From NCBI GenBank assembly GCA_965248445.1, contig CBDFJG010000002.1, positions 736,001 through 800,000 of the forward strand: a stretch of DNA of 64,000 nucleotides, written 5' to 3'. Position 1 is the stretch's first letter; each line of letters begins with the position of its first letter. This stretch comes from Planctomycetota bacterium. GTDB taxonomy: Bacteria; Planctomycetota; JAJSAM01; JAJVHW01. The notes beneath the pieces are model-generated. The model worked only from the letters and a program-made list of their open reading frames with translations. It did no database searches and was not told the DNA's origin. Shown here piece by piece: positions 8,715 to 18,930 of the stretch. The position numbers and the translations under genes were made by a program.

Positions 8715-11353
8715 CGGCGACGCGGGAGACCGCGACCACCCGCAGGCGAGACGAGGAGAGCGGAGTCCTCGAGGTACGCCTGCCGAACGGCTTGCTGGCG
8801 CTGATCGCCGAGCGGCGCCGGGCGCCCGTCGTGTCAGTGCAGACGTGGTACCGAGTGGGCTCGCGCGAAGAAGACAAGGGACGGACCGGCCTCGCGCACT
8901 TCCTCGAACACCTGATGTTCAAGGGCACGCAGACCCTGCGCCGCGGTGACATCGACCGCGTGACGATGCGCAACGGCGGGTCGAACAACGCCGACACAAC
9001 CGTGGATCGCACGCGGTACTACTTCACCTTCGCGTCCGATCGGTGGGAGCGCGCGCTCGAGATCGAGGCCGACCGCATGCGCGGATCGACCTTCGACGAA
9101 CACGAGTTCCAGCTCGAGCGCGGCCCGGTGATCGAGGAGCTGCGGCGGGACCGCGACGACCCGTGGTGGGCGCTGCACGAGGTCGTTGAGGCAACCGCGT
9201 ACCAGGTGCACCCCTACCGCAATCCGGTGATTGGCTGGCCGGAGGAGATCGTGAAGGTGCCGCGCGAGGACGTCCTGGCGTTCTACGAGCGTTGGTACCA
9301 GCCCTGGAACTGCACGCTGGTCGTCGTCGGCGACATCGACGCCGATCGCGCCGCAGACCGCATCATCGAACTGTTCGGGGAGATCCCGTCGTCCGAGCCG
9401 CCCGTTCACTTCGTTCCGGAGGAGCCGGCACAGGAGGGCGAGCGACGCTTCGAGTTGCTGATGGACGTCACCATCCCGCGCCTGATGGTCTCGTACCACG
9501 GCGTGCGCGTGCGCGACCCCGAAGACACGGAGCTGGACGTGCTCCAGGTGGTCCTCACCGGTGGCAAGAGCGGACGGCTGTACGACCGCCTGGTGCGGCG
9601 CGAGGGCCTCGTCACCGGCGTCTCTGCGGGGAACGACTCGCGCCGGGACACGGGTCTGTTCACGATCTCGACCGAGCTGACGGAGAACTCAGCGCCCGCC
9701 GACGTCGAGCGCGCCCTGTTCGACGAGCTGGATCGCGTCGTCTCGGACGGCCCGACCGACGCCGAGTTCGAGCGGGCCTGCGCCCTCATCCGTTCCGGGC
9801 GCCGTTTCCGCCACGAGACGGCGGCGGGCACGGCCGACGTCATCGGCACCATGCAGGTCCTCGCCGGGGACCACCGCCTCCTGGCCGCCCAGGCGCGACG
9901 ACTCGACGAGCTCACGCCCGCCGACGTGCAGCGCGTCGCCGCGCGCGTCCTGCAACGCCGCAACAGGACGGTGGGCTGGCTCCTCCCGCGGCCGGAGGGC
10001 GCCCCCGCGCGGCCGCCTATCCCGGAGGGAGGCCACGAGGATCCGGGCGCCCCGGAGGACGAGACCCGGCCGGCGCCCGCCGTCGTGACCACGCTGCCGA
10101 CGGGGCGGCCGACGCTGCGGCTGGACGCAACGCGTCACCAACTCGACAACGGGCTGCGCGTGGTCGTGCTCCCCCGCCACGACGTCGACACGATCGCTGT
10201 GCGGGCATTCGTGCGCGGCGGCCGGCTGCACGAGCGCAAGCCGGGACAGGCCGCGTGGACGGGCACCTGCCTCGACGAAGGAGCCGGCGGTCGCGACGGT
10301 GCAGAGATCGCCCGCCTGTTTGCCGACCGCGGGGCGCACTTCACCGCAGGGGCGGGCGGCTTCTCGCTCCGCTGCATGATCGCGGACACGGATGCGCTGC
10401 TGCCGGTCGCGTGCGAAGTCCTGCGAGCGCCGGAGTTCCCGGCAGAGGCGATCGAGCGCAAGCGACGGGAACTGTTCGCCGCCATTGCCGCGGAGGACGA
10501 ATCGGCAGCCGGCATCGCGGTCCGTCGGTTGATGCTCGAGCTGTATGGGCAGCACCCGCTTGCCCGCCGCGACAAGGGCGGGACCGAGGAGCTCGCGTCA
10601 CTCTCGCGCGAGGATCTCGTCGCGCACCACCACGCGCTGTTCGTCCCGGAGAACGCGATCGTGGCGGTGGTCGGAGACCTCGGCACGGACGAGGCACTCG
10701 CGCTGGTGGAGCGCCGCCTCGGCGACTGGGCCAGCCGTCCCGCGTCGCGCGAGCCGGTGACGCCGCCGCCGGAGCGAGTACCGGTGCAGACGATCCACCT
10801 ACCCGAGGACCGCGACCAGACGCACGTCGCGCTCGGCCACATGGGCATCCGCCGCGCCGATCCCGACTTCCCCGCGCTGGTGCTCTCCGACAACGTGCTC
10901 GGCGTGGGGCCAGGCTTCACCAACCGGCTCTCCCGGAGCATCCGCGACGAACAGGGACTTGCGTATTCGGTGTGGGCGCACATCTCACGCAGCGCGGACC
11001 TCGAGCCCGGCCTCTTCCGGGCGTACGTCGGCACGTCACCGGCACTGCGCGAGCGGGCAACCGTAGGAATCCTCGACGAGATCCGCCGATTCGTCGGGGA
11101 CTCGCCTGCGACGGACGAGGAGATCGAGGACGCACGCCGCTACGTCGTGGGCAGCCACGTGTTCGGGTTCGAGACGAACGCCGACGCGGCGGATCAGCTC
11201 GTCGGGATCGAGCGCCTGGGACTGCCGCTCGACTACCCGGAGCGCTTCATCGAGGCGATCGAGTCGACGTCCGCGGACGAAGTACGGGCCGCGGCGCAGC
11301 GCCACATCGACCCGGATGCGCTCGTCACGGTGTGGGTCGGCCGCGACGAGTGA
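8711..11353 (+). CDS. M16 family zinc peptidase (fused two-subunit type)
   Basis: Inverted zinc motif GLAHFLEHLMFKGT; second inactive M16 half with IRDEQGLAYSV. Confidence 0.92.
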   Translation: MTATRETATTRRRDEESGVLEVRLPNGLLALIAERRRAPVVSVQTWYRVGSREEDKGRTGLAHFLEHLMFKGTQTLRRGDIDRVTMRNGGSNNADTTVDRTRYYFTFASDRWERALEIEADRMRGSTFDEHEFQLERGPVIEELRRDRDDPWWALHEVVEATAYQVHPYRNPVIGWPEEIVKVPREDVLAFYERWYQPWNCTLVVVGDIDADRAADRIIELFGEIPSSEPPVHFVPEEPAQEGERRFELLMDVTIPRLMVSYHGVRVRDPEDTELDVLQVVLTGGKSGRLYDRLVRREGLVTGVSAGNDSRRDTGLFTISTELTENSAPADVERALFDELDRVVSDGPTDAEFERACALIRSGRRFRHETAAGTADVIGTMQVLAGDHRLLAAQARRLDELTPADVQRVAARVLQRRNRTVGWLLPRPEGAPARPPIPEGGHEDPGAPEDETRPAPAVVTTLPTGRPTLRLDATRHQLDNGLRVVVLPRHDVDTIAVRAFVRGGRLHERKPGQAAWTGTCLDEGAGGRDGAEIARLFADRGAHFTAGAGGFSLRCMIADTDALLPVACEVLRAPEFPAEAIERKRRELFAAIAAEDESAAGIAVRRLMLELYGQHPLARRDKGGTEELASLSREDLVAHHHALFVPENAIVAVVGDLGTDEALALVERRLGDWASRPASREPVTPPPERVPVQTIHLPEDRDQTHVALGHMGIRRADPDFPALVLSDNVLGVGPGFTNRLSRSIRDEQGLAYSVWAHISRSADLEPGLFRAYVGTSPALRERATVGILDEIRRFVGDSPATDEEIEDARRYVVGSHVFGFETNADAADQLVGIERLGLPLDYPERFIEAIESTSADEVRAAAQRHIDPDALVTVWVGRDE

Positions 11354-12470
11354 GCACTTCGTCGTAGAGGCTCTCGTACCCGCCCGTCGTCGCCTCCTGC
11401 GAGAAAGCCCGCGCCCGCTCCCGCGCACGGCGTCCGAACTCGGTGCGCCGGCGCGGCTGGGCGATGAGCGTCCGCAACGCGTCCGCCAGCGCCTCGATGT
11501 CGTCGGGCGGCACGAGCAGCGCCGCGTTGTTGTCCCCCACGACCTCCGGGATCCCGTCGACGCGCGACGCGATCACGGCCTTGCCGGCGGCGAACCCCTC
11601 GAGCAGCACGAGACCGAACGGCTCCTTGCGCGAGGGCACCACCTGCACGGCCGCTGCGTCGATCTCATGCAGCAACTGGTTTCGATCCACGAACCCGACC
11701 AGTTCCACACGCTTGCCCACACCGTGCCGCTGAATCAGAGCCTCGAGGTCGGCGCGGGCGGGTCCCTCCCCCAGCACGCGCAGCCGGAGCTCCGGAACGG
11801 CCGAGACGGCCCGAATCAGAACGTCCATGCCCTTCTTGGGGTGCAGTTCACCGATGGCCACGACGCGGCCGGGCTCGCCGGCGGCCACGGGTGAGCGAAG
11901 CCGAGCCACGACGTCGCGCGGCAATGCGTTGTGGACGACGCGGAACGTCCCACGTGCTTCAGGGACCAGGTCGTGCGCCACCCGCAGTGTGGCCTCCGAC
12001 GGAGCTGTCACGGCATCCGCGCGTCGCAGCATGCGACGCACGACGGCGCGGCCCACGGCGTCGTTCTCGATCATGTCGCCCACGTCCCTGCCGTGCACCG
12101 TTCCGATCAGCGCTGCTCCGGCGCGGCGGGCCGCACCCGGAAGCAGGTACGCCAGTGGTGACTGCAGGAAGTGCAGGTGCACGACGTCCGGCTGCAACTC
12201 CGCGGCCAGCTTGCCCACGGCCCGTCGCGCAGGGCCGATCCGGCGGGCGAACCCGAGCACGGCCCGGGGCCGCAGCGCCGGGCGCCCCAGGCGGACGCGG
12301 GTGACCGGCACCCCTTGGAGGTTCTCCGAGAGTACGGTGCCGGCCATCCAAGGCGTGACCACATGGACCGTGTGCCCGCCATCCGCGAGGCCATGCGCGA
12401 GATCGTGGGCGACTCGCTGCACACCCCCGACAGCGGGATCGAACGAATCGGAGGCCAGGAGGATCTTCAT
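11325..12470 (-). CDS. Glycosyltransferase family 4
   Basis: PAVGGVQ N-terminus, KKGMDVL, PSRKEPFGLVLLEGFAAGKAVIAS..DGIPEVV. Confidence 0.9.
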   Translation of the reverse strand: MKILLASDSFDPAVGGVQRVAHDLAHGLADGGHTVHVVTPWMAGTVLSENLQGVPVTRVRLGRPALRPRAVLGFARRIGPARRAVGKLAAELQPDVVHLHFLQSPLAYLLPGAARRAGAALIGTVHGRDVGDMIENDAVGRAVVRRMLRRADAVTAPSEATLRVAHDLVPEARGTFRVVHNALPRDVVARLRSPVAAGEPGRVVAIGELHPKKGMDVLIRAVSAVPELRLRVLGEGPARADLEALIQRHGVGKRVELVGFVDRNQLLHEIDAAAVQVVPSRKEPFGLVLLEGFAAGKAVIASRVDGIPEVVGDNNAALLVPPDDIEALADALRTLIAQPRRRTEFGRRARERARAFSQEATTGGYESLYDEVLTRRGRPTP

Positions 12471-12551
12471 GAGGAACGAATTCTTCACTCAGGCCGTGCT
12501 GCGACGCCTACGATTCCCGGCCCGCTGCGCCAACTGGTGCGCGCGGACGGT

Positions 12552-12626
12552 GCCCCTATAGCTCAACGGATAGAGTACCGCCCTCCGAAGGCGGTGGTTC
12601 AGGTTCGAATCCTGATGGGGGTACCA
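12552..12626 (+). tRNA. tRNA-Arg (anticodon CCG)
   Basis: Cloverleaf: acceptor GCCCCTA/TGGGGGT, D arm GCTC..GAGT, anticodon arm CCGCC-CTCCGAA-GGCGG, T arm TCAGG-TTCGAAT-CCTGA, encoded CCA. Confidence 0.95.
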
Positions 12627-12660
12627 CGCTGCGCCCCACGGCATCACGCCGAGCGCGACG

Positions 12661-13497
12661 TCAGACGAGACTCGTCAGGCCCGGGAGTTCGGAGCACGCG
12701 GTGCGCGACTCCCCGGCGTAGCCCAGCCGCTCCATCAGCCGCGCAGCCGCAGGGTTCGCTCTCCATGCGTCGGCTAGTACGCGTTGTTCGCCCTCGAGGT
12801 CGAGCCACTTCCCCACCGACGCGGCGCTCACGCGCCGTTGCTGGTGCACGCGCGGGTCCTCGCGTCCGGGGCGGCTCAGCGCTTCGATCTGCGTGTCGTA
12901 CTCGTCGGTGATCTCGAATCGCCCGACGACGCCGAGCCACGCCACGAACGCCGACTTGACCGCAACCGGGCCCGTCGTCATGTCCTCGTAGCGGACGATC
13001 GCGAAGCGCGCCCCGTGGGGAGACCGCCGAGCCGCAAGATCAAACAGCGTCGTGTAGCGGTCGGCCCAGAGCGCCCAGAACGACGGGTCGCGCGGAATCT
13101 CAGGGTGGAAGTGCGCGCCGGCGAACAACGAGGCCAGCTGATCCCGTGGATCGCGCACGACACCGAGGTACCACGCGGTGTTACCGAGTTCTCGGTAGAG
13201 CTCGTCGAGCAGGAAGAAGTTCCGCGTGCGTTTGTCGAGAAGGACCTGTCCCGGCTCGAGCGACTCCGCGTGCTGACGGGCCTTGTGATAGCCGCCGTAC
13301 TCCGCGACCACGAGGCCCGGGTAGTCACCCAGGAACCGCTTCGCCAGCGTGGATCCCGTGCGCGGCATTCCGACGATCTCGACCAGGCGCGGCGGAGCGT
13401 GGACGCGTCTGTACTTGGCCTGGAACGGGAAGTACCGCGGCCGCACGAACCAGAGCCGGCGGGCCAGAGGACGCAGAAGTGGGCGGAGCCCGGACAT
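12661..13497 (-). CDS. Sulfotransferase family protein
   Basis: PAPS-binding motifs GMPRTGSTL and VRDPRDQLAS; VRYED; SVGKW. Confidence 0.8.
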   Translation of the reverse strand: MSGLRPLLRPLARRLWFVRPRYFPFQAKYRRVHAPPRLVEIVGMPRTGSTLAKRFLGDYPGLVVAEYGGYHKARQHAESLEPGQVLLDKRTRNFFLLDELYRELGNTAWYLGVVRDPRDQLASLFAGAHFHPEIPRDPSFWALWADRYTTLFDLAARRSPHGARFAIVRYEDMTTGPVAVKSAFVAWLGVVGRFEITDEYDTQIEALSRPGREDPRVHQQRRVSAASVGKWLDLEGEQRVLADAWRANPAAARLMERLGYAGESRTACSELPGLTSLV

Positions 13498-13597
13498 GCC
13501 CGGACTCTATCTCCGTGTCGGGCTCGCGGCCCGTCACGCCTGGGCAAGGGATCGGATAGCCTGCTCGATCGCTTCCCGGGAGGGGCCCAGACACGCG

Positions 13598-14608
13598 ATG
13601 AAACTCAACGGCAAGAGACTGCTCGTCACCGGAGCCGACGGCTTCATCGGCTCGCACCTCACCGAGGAACTGGTGCGGACCGGGCACGACGTACGGGCGT
13701 TCGTCTACTACAACTCGTTCAACTCGAACGGGTGGCTCGACCGGTCCCCGCCTGCCGTGCTGGAGAACGTCGAGATCGTGGCCGGCGACATCCGCGATCC
13801 GCACGGCGTGCGGGACGCTGTCGATGGCTGTGACGTGGTCCTGCACTTGGCGGCGCTCATCGCCATCCCGTTCTCGTACCGGTCGCCGGACGCCTACGTG
13901 GACACGAACGTGAGGGGCACGCTGAACGTGCTCCAGGCCGCCCGCGACCTGGGGTGTGAACGGGTCGTCTGCACTTCGACGAGCGAGGTCTACGGCACGG
14001 CGCAGTACGTCCCCATCGACGAGAAGCACCCTCTGGTCGGTCAATCGCCCTACGCCGCAACCAAGATCGGCGCGGACCAGCTCGCACTGTCGTTCCAGAG
14101 GTCCTTCGGGACGCCGGTCTCCGTGATCCGCCCGTTCAATACGTACGGGCCCCGCCAATCGGCGCGCGCGGTCATCCCTACGATCATCACGCAGATCGCA
14201 GCGGGCGCCGACGCCATCCGGCTCGGTGCGACCACTCCGACGCGCGACTTCACGTACGTCCGCGATGCGGCGCGAGGGTTCGTCGCGGTCGCGGCCTGCG
14301 ACGAGGCCATCGGCCGGGTGCTCAACGTCGGCAGCGACTTCGAGATCTCAATCGGCGATCTCGCTGCCGTCATCGCCGAGACCATGGAGCGCGAGGTCGA
14401 GGTGACGCTCGATGAGCAGCGGCTGCGGCCGGCGGACAGCGAGGTGGACCGGCTCTACTGCGACAGTTCACTGGCGCGCGAGCTGACCGGATGGCAACCC
14501 GAGTTCGGGGGGCTGGACGGCTTCCGGCGTGGAATCGCGGAGACGGCGGCGTGGTTCGCCGACCCCGCGAACCTCTCCGGGTACAAGCCGCACGCTTACA
14601 ACCTGTGA
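13598..14608 (+). CDS. legB: NAD-dependent 4,6-dehydratase, LegB-like
   Basis: VTGADGFIGSHL, YYNSFNSNGWLD, HLAALIAIPFSY, TSTSEVYGTA, QSPYAATK, RPFNTYGPRQSARA. Confidence 0.88.
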   Translation: MKLNGKRLLVTGADGFIGSHLTEELVRTGHDVRAFVYYNSFNSNGWLDRSPPAVLENVEIVAGDIRDPHGVRDAVDGCDVVLHLAALIAIPFSYRSPDAYVDTNVRGTLNVLQAARDLGCERVVCTSTSEVYGTAQYVPIDEKHPLVGQSPYAATKIGADQLALSFQRSFGTPVSVIRPFNTYGPRQSARAVIPTIITQIAAGADAIRLGATTPTRDFTYVRDAARGFVAVAACDEAIGRVLNVGSDFEISIGDLAAVIAETMEREVEVTLDEQRLRPADSEVDRLYCDSSLARELTGWQPEFGGLDGFRRGIAETAAWFADPANLSGYKPHAYNL

Positions 14609-15789
14609 CCACAGGACTCACGCCCCGCGTCGTGGTCGACGCAATCCTGTCCGCGCTACCGGCGCGCGACGCGCACCCGCTCCACGTGCCGCTGTTCGAG
14701 GGGAACGAGCGGGCGTACGTCGACGAGTGCATCGACACAGGCTGGGTATCGTCCGTCGGCAAGTACGTCGACCGGTTCGAGGCGGACCTGGCGGCATACA
14801 CCGGACATGCGCGAGCGGTGGCGGTGGTCAACGGCACAGCAGCGCTGCACCTGTCCCTGCTCCTGGCGGGCGTGCAGCCGGGCGACGAAGTGCTCGTTCC
14901 GGCTCTGACGTTCGTCGCCACGGCGAATGCCGTGGCGCACGCCGGCGCGGTGGCGCATTTCGTGGACAGCGAAGCGGGCACGCTCGGCCTGGATCCGGCG
15001 GCACTCGACGCCCACCTCGACCACGTGGCCGAGCACGGCACGGACGGCTGCACGAACCGCGAGACCGGACGCGCCATCCGCGCCGTCGTTCCGATGCACG
15101 CGTTCGGACACCCCGCCCGCATGGACGCGCTCGCCGACGTCTCCGCGCGCTGGTCCCTGGCGATCGTCGAGGACTGCGCCGAGTCGCTCGGCTCGTTCCA
15201 TCCAGGCGAGCACCGGGGCCAGACCGGCACGCACACGGGACACCACGGCCTGCTCGCCGCGCTCAGTTTCAACGGCAACAAGATCGTCACGACGGGCGGC
15301 GGCGGCGCCATCCTGACGAACGACGAAGAGCTAGGCCGGCGGGCCAAGCACCTGAGCACGACCGCGAAGATCCCCCACCGCTGGGAGTACGTCCACGACG
15401 CCGTGGGCTTCAACTACAGGCTGCCCAACCTGAACGCCGCGCTCGGCTGCGCGCAACTGGAGCGGCTGCCGCTGCTGCTGGAACGCAAGCGCGCTCAGGC
15501 CGCACGGTACGAGACGGCACTCTCCGGGATCGACGGAGTGACTCTGTTTCGTGAACCGGAGGGAGCCACGAGCAACCACTGGCTGCACACACTCCTGCTC
15601 GACCGTGATCATGCGCACCTGCGCGACGCCGTCCTGGCCGAGGGTCATGAGCGCGGCGTCCTCTTGCGCCCCGCGTGGGAGCCGCTGCACCGTCTGACGA
15701 TGTATCGTGACGCACCGCGCGCAGACCTCCGGACGGCCGAGGACTTGCACGCTCGGATCATCAACCTGCCGTCGACGCCACTGCCTTGA
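14605..15789 (+). CDS. legC: LegC-family PLP aminotransferase (DegT/DnrJ)
   Basis: TGWVSSVGKYVDRFE, NGTAALH, VEDCAESLGS, SFNGNKIVTTGGGG, GFNYRLPNLNAALG; GTG overlaps the legB stop. Confidence 0.88.
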   Translation: MTTGLTPRVVVDAILSALPARDAHPLHVPLFEGNERAYVDECIDTGWVSSVGKYVDRFEADLAAYTGHARAVAVVNGTAALHLSLLLAGVQPGDEVLVPALTFVATANAVAHAGAVAHFVDSEAGTLGLDPAALDAHLDHVAEHGTDGCTNRETGRAIRAVVPMHAFGHPARMDALADVSARWSLAIVEDCAESLGSFHPGEHRGQTGTHTGHHGLLAALSFNGNKIVTTGGGGAILTNDEELGRRAKHLSTTAKIPHRWEYVHDAVGFNYRLPNLNAALGCAQLERLPLLLERKRAQAARYETALSGIDGVTLFREPEGATSNHWLHTLLLDRDHAHLRDAVLAEGHERGVLLRPAWEPLHRLTMYRDAPRADLRTAEDLHARIINLPSTPLP

Positions 15790-15802
15790 CCGAGACGCCA
15801 GC

Positions 15803-16984
15803 TTGACCGAGACCCCAACCCGACGGATCTGCATCGTGACCGGCACCCGTGCCGAGTACGGCCTCCTGCAGTGGATCATGCGCGACGTCGCCGCGCATCC
15901 GGGTCTCGCGCTCTCGGTGATCGCAACGGGAGCCCACCTCGAGGACGCGTTCGGCCGCACGGTGGACTTGATCCGCGAGGACGGCATCCCGGTCGACGCC
16001 AGCGTGAACATGCAACTGGACGACGACTCGCCGCCGGGGATCGCGCGGAGCATGGGACTCTGCGTGACCGGGATGGCCGAGGCGTTCGCGCGAATCGAAC
16101 CCGATGTCGTCGTGTTGCTGGGCGACCGGTACGAGACGTTGGCCGCCGCGACCGCCGCGCTCGTGTCGCGCATCCCGATCGCGCACTTGCACGGAGGTGA
16201 GGTCACGTCCGGCGCACTGGACGACTCCATGCGCCACGCCATCACCAAGCTCTCGGCGCTGCACTACGTCGCGTGTGCCGAGTACGAGCGGCGCGTGATC
16301 CAGATGGGCGAGGACCCGGCGCGCGTGCACGACGTCGGCGCCGTCGGGATCGACAGCCTGAACCGCCTGGAACTCCTGGACTCCGACGCGGTGCTGAAGG
16401 AGACCGGCCTCTCCGCCGGACGGCCGCTGCTGCTCGCGACGTACCACCCCGTCACCACCCGGCCCGGCGGCGGCGTCGAACACGTCGGCGCGCTCCTCGA
16501 CGCTTTCGATCGCGTGGACGCGAACGTGATCCTGACGAAGTCCAACGCCGACGAGGGCGGACAGGCGATCAACGCGCGTCTCGACGCATGGGCGGCACAG
16601 CACGCGGACCGGGCGCGCGTCTACACGACGATGGGACACAGTCTCTACCTGAGCGCCTTGCGTGCGGCCGACGTCGTTGTCGGCAACTCGTCGAGTGGTC
16701 TGCTCGAGGTCCCGGCCACAGAGACCGCGACCGTAAACGTCGGACCGCGGCAGGACGGCCGGGTGCGCGCTCCGTCGGTGCTGGACTGCACCGAGGACGC
16801 GGACGCCATCGCCGAGGCCATCGGGACTGCGTTGGATCCTGCATGGCGCGCGAAGCACGTCGCTGGCGAGCACCCGTTCGGGGACGGTCACGCGACAGAG
16901 CGGATCGTGGAGGACCTCGCCAGGGTCGATCTGACCGAACTGGTCGTAAAGCGATTCGTCGACCGGCCGGGAGGTACCTCGTGA
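15803..16984 (+). CDS. neuC: Hydrolysing NDP-sugar 2-epimerase (NeuC/LegG)
   Basis: ICIVTGTRAEYGLL, LGDRYE, HLHGGEVTSGALDDSMRHAITKLS, VGNSSSGLLE. Confidence 0.9.
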   Translation: MTETPTRRICIVTGTRAEYGLLQWIMRDVAAHPGLALSVIATGAHLEDAFGRTVDLIREDGIPVDASVNMQLDDDSPPGIARSMGLCVTGMAEAFARIEPDVVVLLGDRYETLAAATAALVSRIPIAHLHGGEVTSGALDDSMRHAITKLSALHYVACAEYERRVIQMGEDPARVHDVGAVGIDSLNRLELLDSDAVLKETGLSAGRPLLLATYHPVTTRPGGGVEHVGALLDAFDRVDANVILTKSNADEGGQAINARLDAWAAQHADRARVYTTMGHSLYLSALRAADVVVGNSSSGLLEVPATETATVNVGPRQDGRVRAPSVLDCTEDADAIAEAIGTALDPAWRAKHVAGEHPFGDGHATERIVEDLARVDLTELVVKRFVDRPGGTS

Positions 16985-18072
16985 GCAAAGCGCCGACGTT
17001 CGTCATCGCTGAGGCCGGTGTCAACCACAACGGCGACCGCGACATCGCGTTCAAGCTCGTCGAGGTGGCGGTGGCCGCCGGCGCGGACGCGGTGAAGTTC
17101 CAGACGTTCAAGGCGGACCGGCTGGCGTCGCGACGCGCGCCGAAAGCCGCGTACCAGGAGGAGACGACCGGCACCGCGGAGACGCAACTGGAGATGCTCC
17201 GGCGACTCGAGCTGTCGCACGCGATGCACCTGGCGCTCCGCGACCACTGCAACGACCTCGGTATCGAGTTCATGTCGACGCCGTTCGATGAGGCGAGCGC
17301 CGACTTCCTGGCGAACGACGTCGGCGTGCGTCGTCTGAAGATCCCCTCCGGCGAGATCACGAACGGCCCTTTCCTGCTGCACGTCGCGCGCCTGGGACTG
17401 CCGCTCATCATGTCGACGGGGATGTCCACCCTGTACGAGGTGCGCGAAGCGCTCGGCGTCATCGCCTTCGGTTCGTCGGGCTCCGCGGACACGCCGTCCC
17501 GGGAGGCGTTCGCCGCCGCACTCGCGTTGCCGACCGACCTCTCGGACCGCGTGACGCTCCTCCACTGCACGACCCAGTACCCCACTCCCCACGAAGACGT
17601 GAACCTGCGTGCGATGGACACGCTTCGCGATGCGTTCGGCGTACCCGTCGGGTTCAGCGACCACACGCCCGGCATCAGCGCGCCCCTGGCCGCCGTCGCC
17701 CGCCGCGCGGTCGTCGTCGAGAAGCACTTCACGCTGGGCCGGGAGATGCCGGGTCCGGATCACCGTGCATCCCTCGAGCCGGATGAGCTCGAGGCGATGG
17801 TGCGCGGCATACGCGAGGTAGAGGCCGCTCTCGGAAGCCGCGAGAAGGCGCCCGCGCCGTCGGAGCAGGCCAACATCGAGATCGCCCGGAAGAGCGTGAT
17901 CGCGGCACGCCACATCGCCGCTGGCGAGACGCTCGACGGGGCGGCCCTCACGACAAAGCGGCCCGCCACGGGAGCGAGCCCCATGACCTGGTGGTCGCTG
18001 CTCGGGACCGAGGCGACGCGCGACTACGAGGCCGACGAGCCGATCGATCCTCCGGCAGACGACGGGGCCTAG
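16981..18072 (+). CDS. neuB: Nonulosonic acid synthase (NeuB/LegI) with C-terminal SAF/AFP domain
   Basis: FVIAEAGVNHNGD, AVKFQTF, KIPSGEITN, LHCTTQYP, GFSDHT, EKHFTL, GPDHRAS, ARKSVIA. Confidence 0.93.
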   Translation: MSKAPTFVIAEAGVNHNGDRDIAFKLVEVAVAAGADAVKFQTFKADRLASRRAPKAAYQEETTGTAETQLEMLRRLELSHAMHLALRDHCNDLGIEFMSTPFDEASADFLANDVGVRRLKIPSGEITNGPFLLHVARLGLPLIMSTGMSTLYEVREALGVIAFGSSGSADTPSREAFAAALALPTDLSDRVTLLHCTTQYPTPHEDVNLRAMDTLRDAFGVPVGFSDHTPGISAPLAAVARRAVVVEKHFTLGREMPGPDHRASLEPDELEAMVRGIREVEAALGSREKAPAPSEQANIEIARKSVIAARHIAAGETLDGAALTTKRPATGASPMTWWSLLGTEATRDYEADEPIDPPADDGA

Positions 18073-18839
18073 GAGCCGTCCCGCGAGTCGGGCAGCCCGT
18101 TCAGGATCTCGGGAGTCACCACCGTGTACTCCGAGTCGCCGTGCTTCACGACGGCGCCCCCGAACGGCGGATACCAGAACGCGCGCGCCTTGCGCGCAAC
18201 CAGCGCCGCTGGATCATCGGGGCCGACGGTCCGCATGCGCTCGAACTCGTCCCGCGAGACGTAGCGACCCTCTCCCTGGGGAGTGCGCGGAAGTTCGTCG
18301 CCGCGAACGAGTGCGTCCACCACGTCGCGGAACAACGCGAGCAGGCGCGGGCGCGTCCTCGCTGCAAGTGACGCCGCGGTCTCGTTCTGCGCGTCGATCG
18401 GGAACCGGCGCACCTCCACGAGGTCGCCCTCGTCGATCGCGGGCGCCACGTGGTGCGCAGACACACCGAACTCGTCGAAGCCCTCGAGGATCGCGACGTT
18501 GAAACCGCCGAGTCCGCGCAGTTCCGGCAGCGGTGCCGGGTGGAAGTTCAGGCACGCCGTGCGGGCGAGCGCGATCACCGCCGGCGGAATGCGACGGCGA
18601 TACAGGTAGGAGAGCACCAGATCGACGCTCCCCGGCGCCTGGCCGGCAAGCGCGCTCAGCGTGGCCCCCACCACGCCGTGCGTGGCCGCGTGCGCCGCAA
18701 GCGAGCCGCCCTCCCCGGTTTGAGATTGCGGGGGTCCCACCACACCCGTGACCCGTACACCGGCCGCCAGAAGGTGGTCGAGCGCGAGCCTGGAGTTGGC
18801 GCTGTCCTTGCCGAGGAGGACCGCTGTGAGAGGGGGCAT
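18069..18839 (-). CDS. Sugar N-formyltransferase (formyl_trans_N fold)
   Basis: LNFHPAPLPELRG...GVSAHHVAPAIDEGDLV. Confidence 0.82.
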   Translation of the reverse strand: MPPLTAVLLGKDSANSRLALDHLLAAGVRVTGVVGPPQSQTGEGGSLAAHAATHGVVGATLSALAGQAPGSVDLVLSYLYRRRIPPAVIALARTACLNFHPAPLPELRGLGGFNVAILEGFDEFGVSAHHVAPAIDEGDLVEVRRFPIDAQNETAASLAARTRPRLLALFRDVVDALVRGDELPRTPQGEGRYVSRDEFERMRTVGPDDPAALVARKARAFWYPPFGGAVVKHGDSEYTVVTPEILNGLPDSRDGS

Positions 18840-18930
18840 CGGCGGAGTCTACCGGGATGGACTTTGCCCCCGGGCAGCAGCGCCGCGGTAGGCTGCCGGG
18901 CTCGCTCGGCAGCCCGGGCGGAATTCGCCC

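Noticed and set aside
12552..12660. tRNA-Arg as integration site for the glycan island or prophage
   Set aside because: No duplicated tRNA 3' end was noticed in the window and no integrase is adjacent.
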